Of a stretch of 40,967 nt of DNA, positions 1-8,624 are shown piece by piece (positions within the stretch are counted from its first letter, which is position 1; the number at the start of each line of letters is the position of its first letter). Position numbers and translations under genes: made by a program. This stretch comes from a virus (Duplodnaviria > Caudoviricetes), in the IMG/VR virus record IMGVR_UViG_3300005805_000172, positions 1 to 40,967 of that record; one strand, given 5' to 3'. The notes beneath the pieces are model-generated. The model was not told the DNA's origin. It saw nothing but the letters and a program-made list of their open reading frames with translations, and did not search any database.

Positions 1-1098
1 CGCGCCATGGCCAACTCCATCGAAGGTGAGTCGTTCCGCTACCTCACAGACAGCAACACCCAGATCGCCATCGAGGGGCGCGGAACCCTGTACTTCCTGC
101 CCGCCTCACCCCGCGCCGCGCGCGGCATCCCGAGCTGCTCCGTCCTGTTCATGGACGAAGGCGCCTTCCTCGACGGCGCCGCCGAGATCTACCGGGGCGC
201 CATGCCCACCTTGTCCATGGTGGGCGACGACGCCAAGGTGATCGTCACCTCCACCCCCGACACCGAGCTCGACTGGTTCGGCCAGCTCTGGCACCAGGGC
301 ATCCCGGTCGACTGGTACGACTTCGTGCGCGAGCGCGACATCGAGGGGCTCAACAGCCGCCTCGCAGCAATCGGCGACGACTGGAACCGCGTCGCCATCC
401 ACTACAGCCAGCACCCGATCTACGGCGCCGACCCCAAGTGGGCGGACCGCACCCGCGAATCCCGCCGCATGACTCGCGCGGCATGGGACTCCGAGTACGA
501 GCTGGCCTTCGGCGCCACCGACACCCAGGTCTACCCAACAGACCTCGTCCGCCGCGCCTCCCGCGGCTCCTGGCGCGAGTGCGGCACCGTCAACCGCACC
601 TACGTGATTGGTGTTGACCCCAACGCCGGCGGAAACGACTACTTCGTGGCTGTCGTTCTTGACATCACCGAAACACCCTACGAAGTCGTAAGTATGTATC
701 GAGAGAATGGCCGCAGCACAGACTACAGCTTGCGTCATGTGAAGTCCCTCATCGAGGACTACCTGCCGGAGCGGGTAATCGTGGAGAAGCAGGCCATGGG
801 CGCCGTCATCGCAGAAGCGCTCCAGAATGTCCTACCGAACTATGCTATCGAACTTTTTAGTACATCTCGCCCCAGCAAAACCACAGCAACGGATCGCGTG
901 CTCTACCTGCTGGAGCGCGACGAGCTGATCTTCCCCGAGGGCGCCATCGGTAACGAGCTCCGCGCCTTCCAGCACAAAGAAAGTGGGGCCCGAGAAGCCG
1001 CCCCCGGCGCCCACGACGACTGCGTGATGGCTCTGGCCTTCGCTTGCTCGCTCATACCTGAGACGCCTAACACCGCAGGCTTCTTCGCCCACATCTAA
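1..1098 (+). CDS. terL: Terminase large subunit, 5'-truncated by the window edge
   Basis: Walker B-like VLFMDEGAF, motif III VTSTP, RNase H-like nuclease motifs IGVDP and HDDCVMA. Walker A is absent and the frame is open from base 1, so the gene starts upstream. Confidence 0.92.
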   Translation, partial: RAMANSIEGESFRYLTDSNTQIAIEGRGTLYFLPASPRAARGIPSCSVLFMDEGAFLDGAAEIYRGAMPTLSMVGDDAKVIVTSTPDTELDWFGQLWHQGIPVDWYDFVRERDIEGLNSRLAAIGDDWNRVAIHYSQHPIYGADPKWADRTRESRRMTRAAWDSEYELAFGATDTQVYPTDLVRRASRGSWRECGTVNRTYVIGVDPNAGGNDYFVAVVLDITETPYEVVSMYRENGRSTDYSLRHVKSLIEDYLPERVIVEKQAMGAVIAEALQNVLPNYAIELFSTSRPSKTTATDRVLYLLERDELIFPEGAIGNELRAFQHKESGAREAAPGAHDDCVMALAFACSLIPETPNTAGFFAHI

Positions 1099-1131
1099 GG
1101 GGGCCTGCGACAAAACCTCTACACCCGCGCG

Positions 1132-1461
1132 CTAAGCCCCCGACAATGTCGCGTGCGCCGGGTGCAACCACAGCCAAATGTCGGCCTCACGCTCCGGGTC
1201 CCAAAAGGGTTGCCCCCGGAACCAGCTCGTCCAATCAGTCTCCGACCCCTTGGCCTGGTTGCACGCTGCGCAAGCCGCCACGAGGTTCTGCGCCACAGTC
1301 CGACCCCCTTTGCACCGAGGGCGGACGTGGTCCAACGTGCCCGCGGCTTTGCCGCAGTACGCGCAGACCCCATGCCAGGCATCAAGGATGCCGTTGCGAA
1401 AGCGCAGCTTGGCAGACCGTTTCGAGCAGAGGTGGGAGCCATCGATGTGATGGTCCAACAT
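1132..1461 (-). CDS. HNH endonuclease (McrA/HNH_5-like, Zn-binding)
   Basis: CAYCG...TLDHVRPRCKGG...NLVAACAACNQAKG signature. ATG at 1461 (MLDHH) is preferred over the ORF-track start at 1539. Confidence 0.88.
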   Translation of the reverse strand: MLDHHIDGSHLCSKRSAKLRFRNGILDAWHGVCAYCGKAAGTLDHVRPRCKGGRTVAQNLVAACAACNQAKGSETDWTSWFRGQPFWDPEREADIWLWLHPAHATLSGA

Positions 1462-1602
1462 GCGCCGCAAAGCCGCTGTCCCAGCGTATGAGCGCGAGCC
1501 CAAAGAAAATGTATACCGCGTGCTTCGCTGAGCACCCATAAAATGTAAAGGCGACGGCGTGCGCTAACACCCGTCGCGTGATCAACCTGTTACCCCAGGC
1601 CG

Positions 1603-2049
1603 ATGGACACATGGTACGAGCCCTCGCGGCGTCGCCGGGCTAGCGCTGAAGAACTAGCGCATAAAGCTATCTGGAGCAACATGCTCCAACGCTGCAATAA
1701 TCCCAGGGCTACTGGTTACAGTAATTACGGAGGCAGGGGAGTTACTGTCTGCGAACGCTGGGACCCCGCTAAAGGCGGTTCGTACATCAATTTTATAGAG
1801 GACATGGGCTATAGACCTAGCGTCTATCATCAACTTGACAAAGAAGCAGTCCGAACCAACAACCTTGTCTATGGGCCTGCCACCTGTAAATGGGTTCACC
1901 GGCGAGAAAACCTAAGCTCGGGTCGTCGGCGCTCCCCAAAAGTTGGCGACAAAACGCCACGTTTGCGCGACAAACCCTCAAAAGTTGGCGAGAAAAAGTC
2001 AACCATTTACTGGTTTATACCACCTTCTGAACGACCCGCACACTTTTAA
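1603..2049 (+). CDS. Phage HNH/His-Me finger homing-endonuclease-like protein, possibly degenerate
   Basis: WSNMLQRCNNP..GYSNYGGRGVTVCERW...FIEDMGYRP..HQLDK...YGPATCKW matches the common phage 'YGGRGI.VC.RW' family. Visibly more AT-rich than its flanks. Confidence 0.75.
   Translation: MDTWYEPSRRRRASAEELAHKAIWSNMLQRCNNPRATGYSNYGGRGVTVCERWDPAKGGSYINFIEDMGYRPSVYHQLDKEAVRTNNLVYGPATCKWVHRRENLSSGRRRSPKVGDKTPRLRDKPSKVGEKKSTIYWFIPPSERPAHF
1938..2000 (+). repeat. Three imperfect 21-bp tandem repeats with core GCGA(C/G)AAA
   Basis: Units aaaagttggcgacaaaacgcc / acgtttgcgcgacaaaccctc / aaaagttggcgagaaaaagtc. Cores at 1946, 1967 and 1988. Confidence 0.7.
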
Positions 2050-2059
2050 CCGAAACTCA

Positions 2060-2065
2060 TACACT
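2060..2065 (+). promoter_or_regulatory. Putative -10 element (TACACT) upstream of the portal gene
   Basis: The same hexamer recurs in short intergenic gaps at 7596 and 29327, and TAGACT at 34124 and 40622. Confidence 0.55.
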
Positions 2066-2093
2066 TTGAACAGCCCCACCCGCCGTTCCGGCC

Positions 2094-3920
2094 GTGACTA
2101 CTGCTAATACTGATACCTTCCGGAACGATGGCGCACTTGTTAACGTCCTCACCGGCATGGGTACGGGGACAAAAGACAAGACGATCTACACAGGAGTAGC
2201 GTCTAAAACGCTGCTAACCGAGTCCGAACTCGAAGCGCTCTACGGTCACGGCATCCCGCGGCGTTACGTCGACTGCATCGCCGACGAGATCCTGCGCCAC
2301 CGCACCACCATCTCCCTGGGCGGCGACGACGATCCCAACGCCAACGACACGATCTCGGCCTTCGAGGAGTACCTCAAGGCCACCGAGTTCCACCAAGCCT
2401 TCTCCGAGGTCGTCAAGCTCCAGCGCCTCTACGGCGGCGCCGGCCTCGTGCTCCTGATCGACGACGGCCTCCCCGAGGAGGAGCCCGTGGACCCCGCGCG
2501 CATCCGCGCCATCCGGGGCTACATCCCCCTGTCCCGCCACAACCTGATCCCCGAGGACTTCTCGATCACCGACTACTCGAAGCCCTCGCACTACCGGATC
2601 ACGACCAGCCAGCGCCTGACCTCAGACCAGCAGAGCAGCTACGTCAACCTTCGCATCCACGCCTCGCGCGTCGCCCGCTTCGACGGGCTGTACCTCCCCT
2701 GGAACATGCGGGTCCGCAACACCGGCTGGGGCATGAGCGTCCTGCAGCTGGTCTGGGAGTCGTACAAGCGCTACGAGACCGCGATGTCCGGGCTGGAGTC
2801 GATGACCAGCGACGCGGACATGTTCGTCCACAAGATCCCGGGCCTCTTCCAACGGATCGCTTCCGGCAACGAGAGCGACCTGCGCAAGCGCCTCGAAGCC
2901 AACAGCCTCAGCCGCAGCGTCTACGGCGGCATGGTCGTCGACGTCGAGGAAGACCTGCAGTTCCTCAACCGCGCCCTCTCCAACATCGCCAGCGCGACGG
3001 ACCCCTTCGTTAAGGATCTCCAAGCCGCCACCGGTTGGCCCGCCACGATCCTGATGGGCGAGTCCCCGGGCGGCCTCGGCAAAGAGGGGCGCTACGAGGA
3101 GCGCGTCTGGTCCTCCCTCGTCGAGCAGTGGCAGGAGGTCTACTGCCGCACCGCCATTACCGAGGTCTTCCAGTACGTCCTCGCCTCGCGCGAAGGCCCC
3201 ACCCGAGGCCGCGTCCCCGAGTCTTGGGCCGTTCACTTCCCCAGCGTCTTCACCCAAACCGACGAGGAGAAGGCGGCGCTCCGCCTGCAGGTGGCCCAGG
3301 TCGACGCCCAGTACGTCAACCTCGGCGTCCTCAACGCCATCGAAGTCCGCGAAGCGCGCTTTGGCGGCACCGAGTACTCGATCGACACCACGCTCAATGA
3401 GGTAGTGAGTGAACAGCTCGTCGCCCAGGCCGACGCCTCGTTCCAGAGCCAGATGATGGGGTACGAAGCCCAGGCCCAGGCGCTGCAGAACCCGCCGGAT
3501 ACCGAGGAACAAGGCGCCGAGGCCACCGAGCCCGATGCTCCTCAACCCGCGGCCCAGGCCAAGCGCGACGTCTTCGACGCCTACGAAGCCCACGGCCTGC
3601 GCATCCGCGTCACCCACACCGCCGGCGAGGTCAAAGCCGGCCATCTCGTCGGCCCGGACGGCCAGCGCACCGACGCGAGTGCAGCGGCACCGCTGATGGT
3701 TTTCGGCCCCCACCGCGCCAAGGCGTACAAGCTCTACCGAGCGCGGTTCGACGTCGGCGACGGTGAGCTCATCGACGGCCCCTATGTCGCGGGCTTCGCC
3801 TCGATGCGCGCAGCCCGTTCCGGAATCGCCGCGCTATTCCCCCGGCAGAATGTGGCAGGACTCTCCCCTGTCCCCGAGGGCGAAGTCGAGGCTCTTCGCG
3901 CCAGCTGGGAGACGTACTGA
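2094..3920 (+). CDS. Portal protein (DUF1073/HI1409-type) with a C-terminal accessory domain
   Basis: Lies after terL. Motifs NDGALVNVLTGMG, RLYGGAGLVL, IHASRVARFDG, GWGMSVLQ, ATGWPATILMGESPGGL. An acidic linker precedes an extra ~120-aa domain. Confidence 0.88.
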   Translation: MTTANTDTFRNDGALVNVLTGMGTGTKDKTIYTGVASKTLLTESELEALYGHGIPRRYVDCIADEILRHRTTISLGGDDDPNANDTISAFEEYLKATEFHQAFSEVVKLQRLYGGAGLVLLIDDGLPEEEPVDPARIRAIRGYIPLSRHNLIPEDFSITDYSKPSHYRITTSQRLTSDQQSSYVNLRIHASRVARFDGLYLPWNMRVRNTGWGMSVLQLVWESYKRYETAMSGLESMTSDADMFVHKIPGLFQRIASGNESDLRKRLEANSLSRSVYGGMVVDVEEDLQFLNRALSNIASATDPFVKDLQAATGWPATILMGESPGGLGKEGRYEERVWSSLVEQWQEVYCRTAITEVFQYVLASREGPTRGRVPESWAVHFPSVFTQTDEEKAALRLQVAQVDAQYVNLGVLNAIEVREARFGGTEYSIDTTLNEVVSEQLVAQADASFQSQMMGYEAQAQALQNPPDTEEQGAEATEPDAPQPAAQAKRDVFDAYEAHGLRIRVTHTAGEVKAGHLVGPDGQRTDASAAAPLMVFGPHRAKAYKLYRARFDVGDGELIDGPYVAGFASMRAARSGIAALFPRQNVAGLSPVPEGEVEALRASWETY

Positions 3921-6727
3921 TGGACAACCTGACTCCCGAAGGCTTCCGCACCGCCGCGTATCTCGCCGCGAAGGCACGGATGGATGCGCGCAAGACCTCG
4001 CGCGGTGTGAATTGCAACCCACCCAACGTTCGCTGCGGCAACCGCTGCATCCCCCCGTCCTGGGATTGCCGGCTCAAAGGTGAGGGAGCAGACCCTCACC
4101 TCCGGGCCGTCAAGACCGACCCACTCGGGGGATTTGCCAATATCCAACGGGGTATTAGCCGCATCAGTCGCGGTGTCGTCAAAGGCAACTTCTCTGAAGT
4201 CGAAGGTGGCAAACGCGCGATCATCCGTGGCACTGTCAAGGTTGCACCCGGTAATATCCAGCAGAAGAAAGAGCTCCAGAAAAAGCTAGAAGACCGCACA
4301 CGCGCCATCGGCATCGGTCTCGCTGTCGTCACAGGCGGCCTCGGAATTCACGCTCTTCTGATGAAGAGCAACACCTTCGGCTACCGCGATGGTGTGGGTG
4401 CAAATATCAACAACTCGGTGCGGCTGGGCATTAGCAAGATCCTAGATGCCACTCCAATCATTGGCTCGAACCGTGCCCGAACAAGGGCCAACGTCCAAGC
4501 CGGCGTTCAAGAAGCGGTAGCCCGCACCGCCAACCCTGTCTCGGCTGTGCTGACGGAACAGCTGGCTCGGACAAAGGCTGCGGCGGCAGACCAAGGCGAC
4601 CGAGCCCGACTCGTCGAGGCTTTGAACAGGGTCAACGCCGCCCACTCCGGGGCTAACGCAGAGTTCGCTGAGTGGGACCGCGCCCACCAAAGCGCGTTCT
4701 TCACCCAAACAACGAAGTACAAAGGCGAAGACGTCAACATCTTCGCGCGTCCTGCCACGGACGAATTCCTGGCACGGCAATTTAAGCTCCAAGGCGATGA
4801 TGTACTGACCTCAAAATCAATCAAAGATGCCGTAGAACGTCAGCTCACTTCCTACAAAACAGACCTTTATGACTTGGCTCAGCAACAAGGCTTCAAAGTC
4901 AAGGTCAACGGGCAGTCACGTTCTCTTGAAGGTACCGAACGCCGCGATTTCATTAAGGGCCTGGTCAGCACAAGCTACCCAGCCCGTCAGGGGAATGACA
5001 AGGTACGCAAAGCCCTGACGCAACACCTGGAGGACACCTTGACAAGGTCTCCAAAAGGCATCGCTGACCAGCTCTACCGTGACACGTACAAAGGCTTTGG
5101 CGAGTACTACAAAAGTCAGGCCGACGTCATTGGCACAGCAACAGCTGTAAGCAAGCTGACTGCAGAGCAACGTCAGATCGGAGTCTCACAGACCTTGGCC
5201 GGTGGGCGCCAGGCGCGCGCCCAGTTCTTGATGGACATCAGCGCCACCCAGGCAGGCAAGCAGGTCCGAGGTCCTGCCCACGCTGAGCTAGCCCTACTCG
5301 ACTATCACGCTCAATCAGTCCGCACCGGACCGCGCCGCGCGTACACGGTCACTGATCGCCTGGCTGCGGCTGCCGCTTCCGAGATCGCAGGGCGCCCGGT
5401 CGGCCGTTCCGAAGCTTTCCAGATCTTGGAGCGCGAGGGTTTCAATCTCGCTGTGCCCAGCAACCCATTGTCCCGCCCCCGCACTCGACCCATGTCCGAG
5501 GGAGAAGCGGTCTACCAGCTCATGCGCGAGAACCCTGGGATGTCGCTCCAGGCGGCCCGCAATCAAATCAAGCGGCAGCGCGGCGACTCCACCGAGCACG
5601 ACATTCCCGTGCGTGTTCGCGTTTATCTCGCCGCCCGCGCCGACTTCAAGGAGAGCAACCGCCTGGGAAAGCCCTGTGGGGCCAGCCACATCCCTAAGGC
5701 ACATGAGTGCCGAAAAGGCCAGGCACCCGCACCCTCGACCCAGCCCGCTGATCGGCGAAAACAAGCTGCGGTCATTGCCGCGGTCGCAGGTGGTGCGCTC
5801 GCCATCGCTGTTGCAGGCAGCGTCGCCTACAACATCAAAAACCTCAGCGACCCCTCCAAAGCACCTTTAACAGCTAGCCCTTCCATTAAAGACTTGACTC
5901 GTCAAATGAAAAAAGAGTCAGGCTTCAAATCTACAAGTGAGGCCATGGGGTATTACTACACCCAGAAGTCTGGCCTCAAACCCGGCGACGTCGTGTACTT
6001 CCGGCACGAGAAAGACCCCGCCGCTCATTTTGGTGTCTACCTAGGTGAAGGTAAGGATGGCATTGTCCGTGCCGTCATCGCTAACACCAACGAATCGCGC
6101 TTCAGTTGGACGGACATTGCCGAGATCGGAAGCACCAAGCCCGGCATCAAGACTTCGCAGGCTGCGATGACGCCTCTTCAAAAAGCTCCCCGTCCCAGCT
6201 TCGCTGACGGACGCGGGGCATCCTTCACAAACGAAGAAGTTGTCAGACGCGCCATCCGCATCGCGGGCACGGACTACAAGTTCACCCTGACCAAGGACAA
6301 CTGCGAAGCCTTGGCGAACGGCATCGCCTACGGCGTCCCTCAATCCGAGCAACTGCAGCGGTTCCGCCGCGCCACCCGAGCCGTGGTCGACCTCAGTGTT
6401 ACCCGCGGCCAACGGCGCGAAGCTCGCGAAGCGATCTACCAGGGCAAGGCCCAGGGCCGCAGCTACACCGCCGCCGAGTTCGTCACCTTCCTCGAAGGCA
6501 AGCGGGAGTTCAGCTCCTACGTCGGTCGCGATCTGTCTGAGCAGTACTCGCAGTACTTCCAGCGCGCGCGGGCAGACGCCGAAGACGGCGGCGCTCGCGG
6601 CCTGATCACCGTGGATGAGCTCTGGGCGCGCATCAAGCCCTATGGCCCGGCTATCCGTGCCCAAGCCATGGGCGACTACCTCTTCCTCCGGCGGTCGCTG
6701 CTCGAAATGGAACGTGGACGTCCTTGA
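3920..6727 (+). CDS. 935-aa head-accessory polyprotein: two Cys-tag/TM modules, the second carrying an LRAT (H-NC, permuted NlpC/P60)-like domain
   Basis: TGATG overlap with the portal stop. Cys tags CGNRCIPPSWDCRLK and CGASHIPKAHECRK, hydrophobic helices, LKPGDVVYF..HFGVYLGEG...DNCEALA. Confidence 0.75.
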   Translation: MDNLTPEGFRTAAYLAAKARMDARKTSRGVNCNPPNVRCGNRCIPPSWDCRLKGEGADPHLRAVKTDPLGGFANIQRGISRISRGVVKGNFSEVEGGKRAIIRGTVKVAPGNIQQKKELQKKLEDRTRAIGIGLAVVTGGLGIHALLMKSNTFGYRDGVGANINNSVRLGISKILDATPIIGSNRARTRANVQAGVQEAVARTANPVSAVLTEQLARTKAAAADQGDRARLVEALNRVNAAHSGANAEFAEWDRAHQSAFFTQTTKYKGEDVNIFARPATDEFLARQFKLQGDDVLTSKSIKDAVERQLTSYKTDLYDLAQQQGFKVKVNGQSRSLEGTERRDFIKGLVSTSYPARQGNDKVRKALTQHLEDTLTRSPKGIADQLYRDTYKGFGEYYKSQADVIGTATAVSKLTAEQRQIGVSQTLAGGRQARAQFLMDISATQAGKQVRGPAHAELALLDYHAQSVRTGPRRAYTVTDRLAAAAASEIAGRPVGRSEAFQILEREGFNLAVPSNPLSRPRTRPMSEGEAVYQLMRENPGMSLQAARNQIKRQRGDSTEHDIPVRVRVYLAARADFKESNRLGKPCGASHIPKAHECRKGQAPAPSTQPADRRKQAAVIAAVAGGALAIAVAGSVAYNIKNLSDPSKAPLTASPSIKDLTRQMKKESGFKSTSEAMGYYYTQKSGLKPGDVVYFRHEKDPAAHFGVYLGEGKDGIVRAVIANTNESRFSWTDIAEIGSTKPGIKTSQAAMTPLQKAPRPSFADGRGASFTNEEVVRRAIRIAGTDYKFTLTKDNCEALANGIAYGVPQSEQLQRFRRATRAVVDLSVTRGQRREAREAIYQGKAQGRSYTAAEFVTFLEGKREFSSYVGRDLSEQYSQYFQRARADAEDGGARGLITVDELWARIKPYGPAIRAQAMGDYLFLRRSLLEMERGRP

Positions 6728-7589
6728 GCGCTACAACCAGCTGCTCCGCAGCACCGAGGACGGCACCCTGCGCCTCCTGAACCGGGTGCTGGATCAGAGC
6801 TTCAACCGCCTGGTGCGCCGCGCTCGGGTTCACATGCGCGCCGGCTACACCGACCCCGCGCAGCGCAACCTCGCGTTGCTCCAAGAGTTCCGCCAACTCG
6901 TTCCGGCGTATCGGCCCGATCGCGTCGACGCCTACGACCGGGTCCTCCGCACCCTGCTTGGAGAAGCCAGCACCCGTGGCCTCGAAGTCGCCGATGAGCT
7001 GACAGGCCAGATGGCGCCCGGTCGTCCTCGCGTCGACGTCTCCATTCCCCTCGAAGCCACGGTCTCCGCCGCCGGCCAAGCTCGGGGCTACCTCACCCGT
7101 CACGGCGCCGACTTCGCCCAGAAGTCAGCCGAGGTCATCGCTCAGGGCATCGCCGAGGGCCGCCCCACCGACGCCATGGTCCGCGACATGCGCCTGCGCC
7201 TCGGTGTGGTGAAGTCCCGGGCCGAAACCATCATCCGCACCGAAGCCCTCCGCGCCTACAACGACGCCTCGAATACCTACTACGCAGCGCAGGGCATCGA
7301 TCTTTGTATGTGGTACGCCACCGCTGACGATCGCAGCTGCGTCGTCTGCGCCCCGAGAGCGGGCAAGATCTTCAAGCGCGCTGAAATCAAAGCTCCTTGC
7401 CACCCGCGTTGCCGGTGTTACCTCGCACCTTGGGACGCTGACTTAGCTGCTATCGACAGCGACTACGCCGCCCAGCGCGAAAGCCACGCCAAGGAAGTTG
7501 CTAAGGCATACACACGCGTTTCCACCGAGCCCGTCAACCTCAATCGCGCTGCAGTCTTCGAGCAATTCGCTCCAACTCCAGTTAGCTGA
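6714..7589 (+). CDS. Minor head morphogenesis protein (MuF / SPP1 gp7 family)
   Basis: RAETIIRTEALRAYN, WYATADDRSCVVC, PCHPRCRCY. GTG at 6714 overlaps the end of the upstream gene. Confidence 0.9.
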   Translation: MDVLERYNQLLRSTEDGTLRLLNRVLDQSFNRLVRRARVHMRAGYTDPAQRNLALLQEFRQLVPAYRPDRVDAYDRVLRTLLGEASTRGLEVADELTGQMAPGRPRVDVSIPLEATVSAAGQARGYLTRHGADFAQKSAEVIAQGIAEGRPTDAMVRDMRLRLGVVKSRAETIIRTEALRAYNDASNTYYAAQGIDLCMWYATADDRSCVVCAPRAGKIFKRAEIKAPCHPRCRCYLAPWDADLAAIDSDYAAQRESHAKEVAKAYTRVSTEPVNLNRAAVFEQFAPTPVS

Positions 7590-7595
7590 ACTCCA

Positions 7596-7601
7596 TACAC
7601 T
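7596..7601 (+). promoter_or_regulatory. Putative -10 element (TACACT)
   Basis: ccaTACACTg in the gap between the MuF stop and the ATG at 7638; member of the recurring motif. Confidence 0.55.
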
Positions 7602-7637
7602 GGGCTATCCGGAACCGGGCGGACGCGCCCTGTAGCC

Positions 7638-8621
7638 ATGCCCGCTGCCACTAAAAAGCGCCCGCCCCTGGAGATGGAGCCCGGCGAAGGCAGAGCTCAC
7701 GAGATGAGCGAGACCCCCGAGGAAGAGATCCGCGAGGGCGCCGAACCTGACGACAAGCCCCACTCCCGCAAGCGCAGTGCCAAAAACGCCAAGCGCACCA
7801 AAGCCCCGATGGACAGTGACTGCGGTTGCGGCGCCAAGAAGGGTGAGAAGTGCTCCTGCGACGGCGGTTGCGGCAGCGGCTACGCCAAGAAGATGGACCG
7901 CCACGACGCCCTGACCCCTCAGGAGTATCTCGCCGCCTGCGAGCTCGGCATCCAAGGCCGCAGCCGCGCCTACATCCGCTCCCGCCTCGACACCGCCATG
8001 AACCTCACTCCTTCCACCGTCCGCAACGACCTCAAGTGCGGCAAAGGCAGCATCTCCGAGGGCGAGAAGTGCACCAAAGGTGCGGCAACAAAGGCAGAGC
8101 CGTCCCTTCGCGATCTTCGGAATGACCCTTATGGCAAAAACAAGAAGTTTTGGGCAACCCCAGGATCTACAAAAGGAGCCGGCAACAAGATCAAACGCGC
8201 TGGTGAGTTTGCGGCCAATCTTGGCGCCGGTGTTGCCGCAGGCGTGGGGGGCATGCAAATAGTAGAAGGTATAATGACGGGGAATATAGGCAAGGCATCA
8301 CGCGGTCTTAGAAATTACAACTTGGGCCTTGCTGCGGGAAGTCTTGCGGGTGCTTCGCGGGCGGCCCGTCAAGGCAACAAAAAGCTTTCCAAGGAATACG
8401 CGGCTCAAGCAGGCAAGCTCGCTGCGTTCGGCGTCGGGCAAGAGGCCGCCCTTGGTGCAGTGGCCGGCTTCAAGCGTGCAGGCGGCGCTGCAGGTGTTGG
8501 CCGCAGCGCCCGCCGCGCCTACCAGGGAGCTCGGATGCGCGCTGCCGGTATGCGGACGATGAAGCGCGACTCCATCTACGCCGCCGGCTTCTCCCCCGAG
8601 CTCGATCAACTCGCCATCTGA
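7638..8621 (+). CDS. Head-accessory polyprotein: charged N-terminus, Cys cluster, Cys tag and Gly/Ala-rich module
   Basis: 327-aa ORF in phage-like codon usage. Contains CGCGAKKGEKCSCDGGC, RNDLKCGKGSISEGEKCTK and several RxD motifs. Confidence 0.72.
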   Translation: MPAATKKRPPLEMEPGEGRAHEMSETPEEEIREGAEPDDKPHSRKRSAKNAKRTKAPMDSDCGCGAKKGEKCSCDGGCGSGYAKKMDRHDALTPQEYLAACELGIQGRSRAYIRSRLDTAMNLTPSTVRNDLKCGKGSISEGEKCTKGAATKAEPSLRDLRNDPYGKNKKFWATPGSTKGAGNKIKRAGEFAANLGAGVAAGVGGMQIVEGIMTGNIGKASRGLRNYNLGLAAGSLAGASRAARQGNKKLSKEYAAQAGKLAAFGVGQEAALGAVAGFKRAGGAAGVGRSARRAYQGARMRAAGMRTMKRDSIYAAGFSPELDQLAI

Positions 8622-8624
8622 GCC

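Noticed and set aside
1938-2000. Mini CRISPR array
   Set aside because: Repeats are contiguous and degenerate with no unique spacers, and there are no cas genes.
2094-3920. Portal as anti-CBASS Acb1 (a label often attached to DUF1073 proteins)
   Set aside because: No pair of HxT/S 2H-phosphoesterase motifs is visible in the extension; position and motifs indicate a portal.
6714-7589. MuF polymorphic toxin
   Set aside because: Only ~55 aa follow HPRCRC, with no toxin domain and no immunity-like gene; this is a short MuF.
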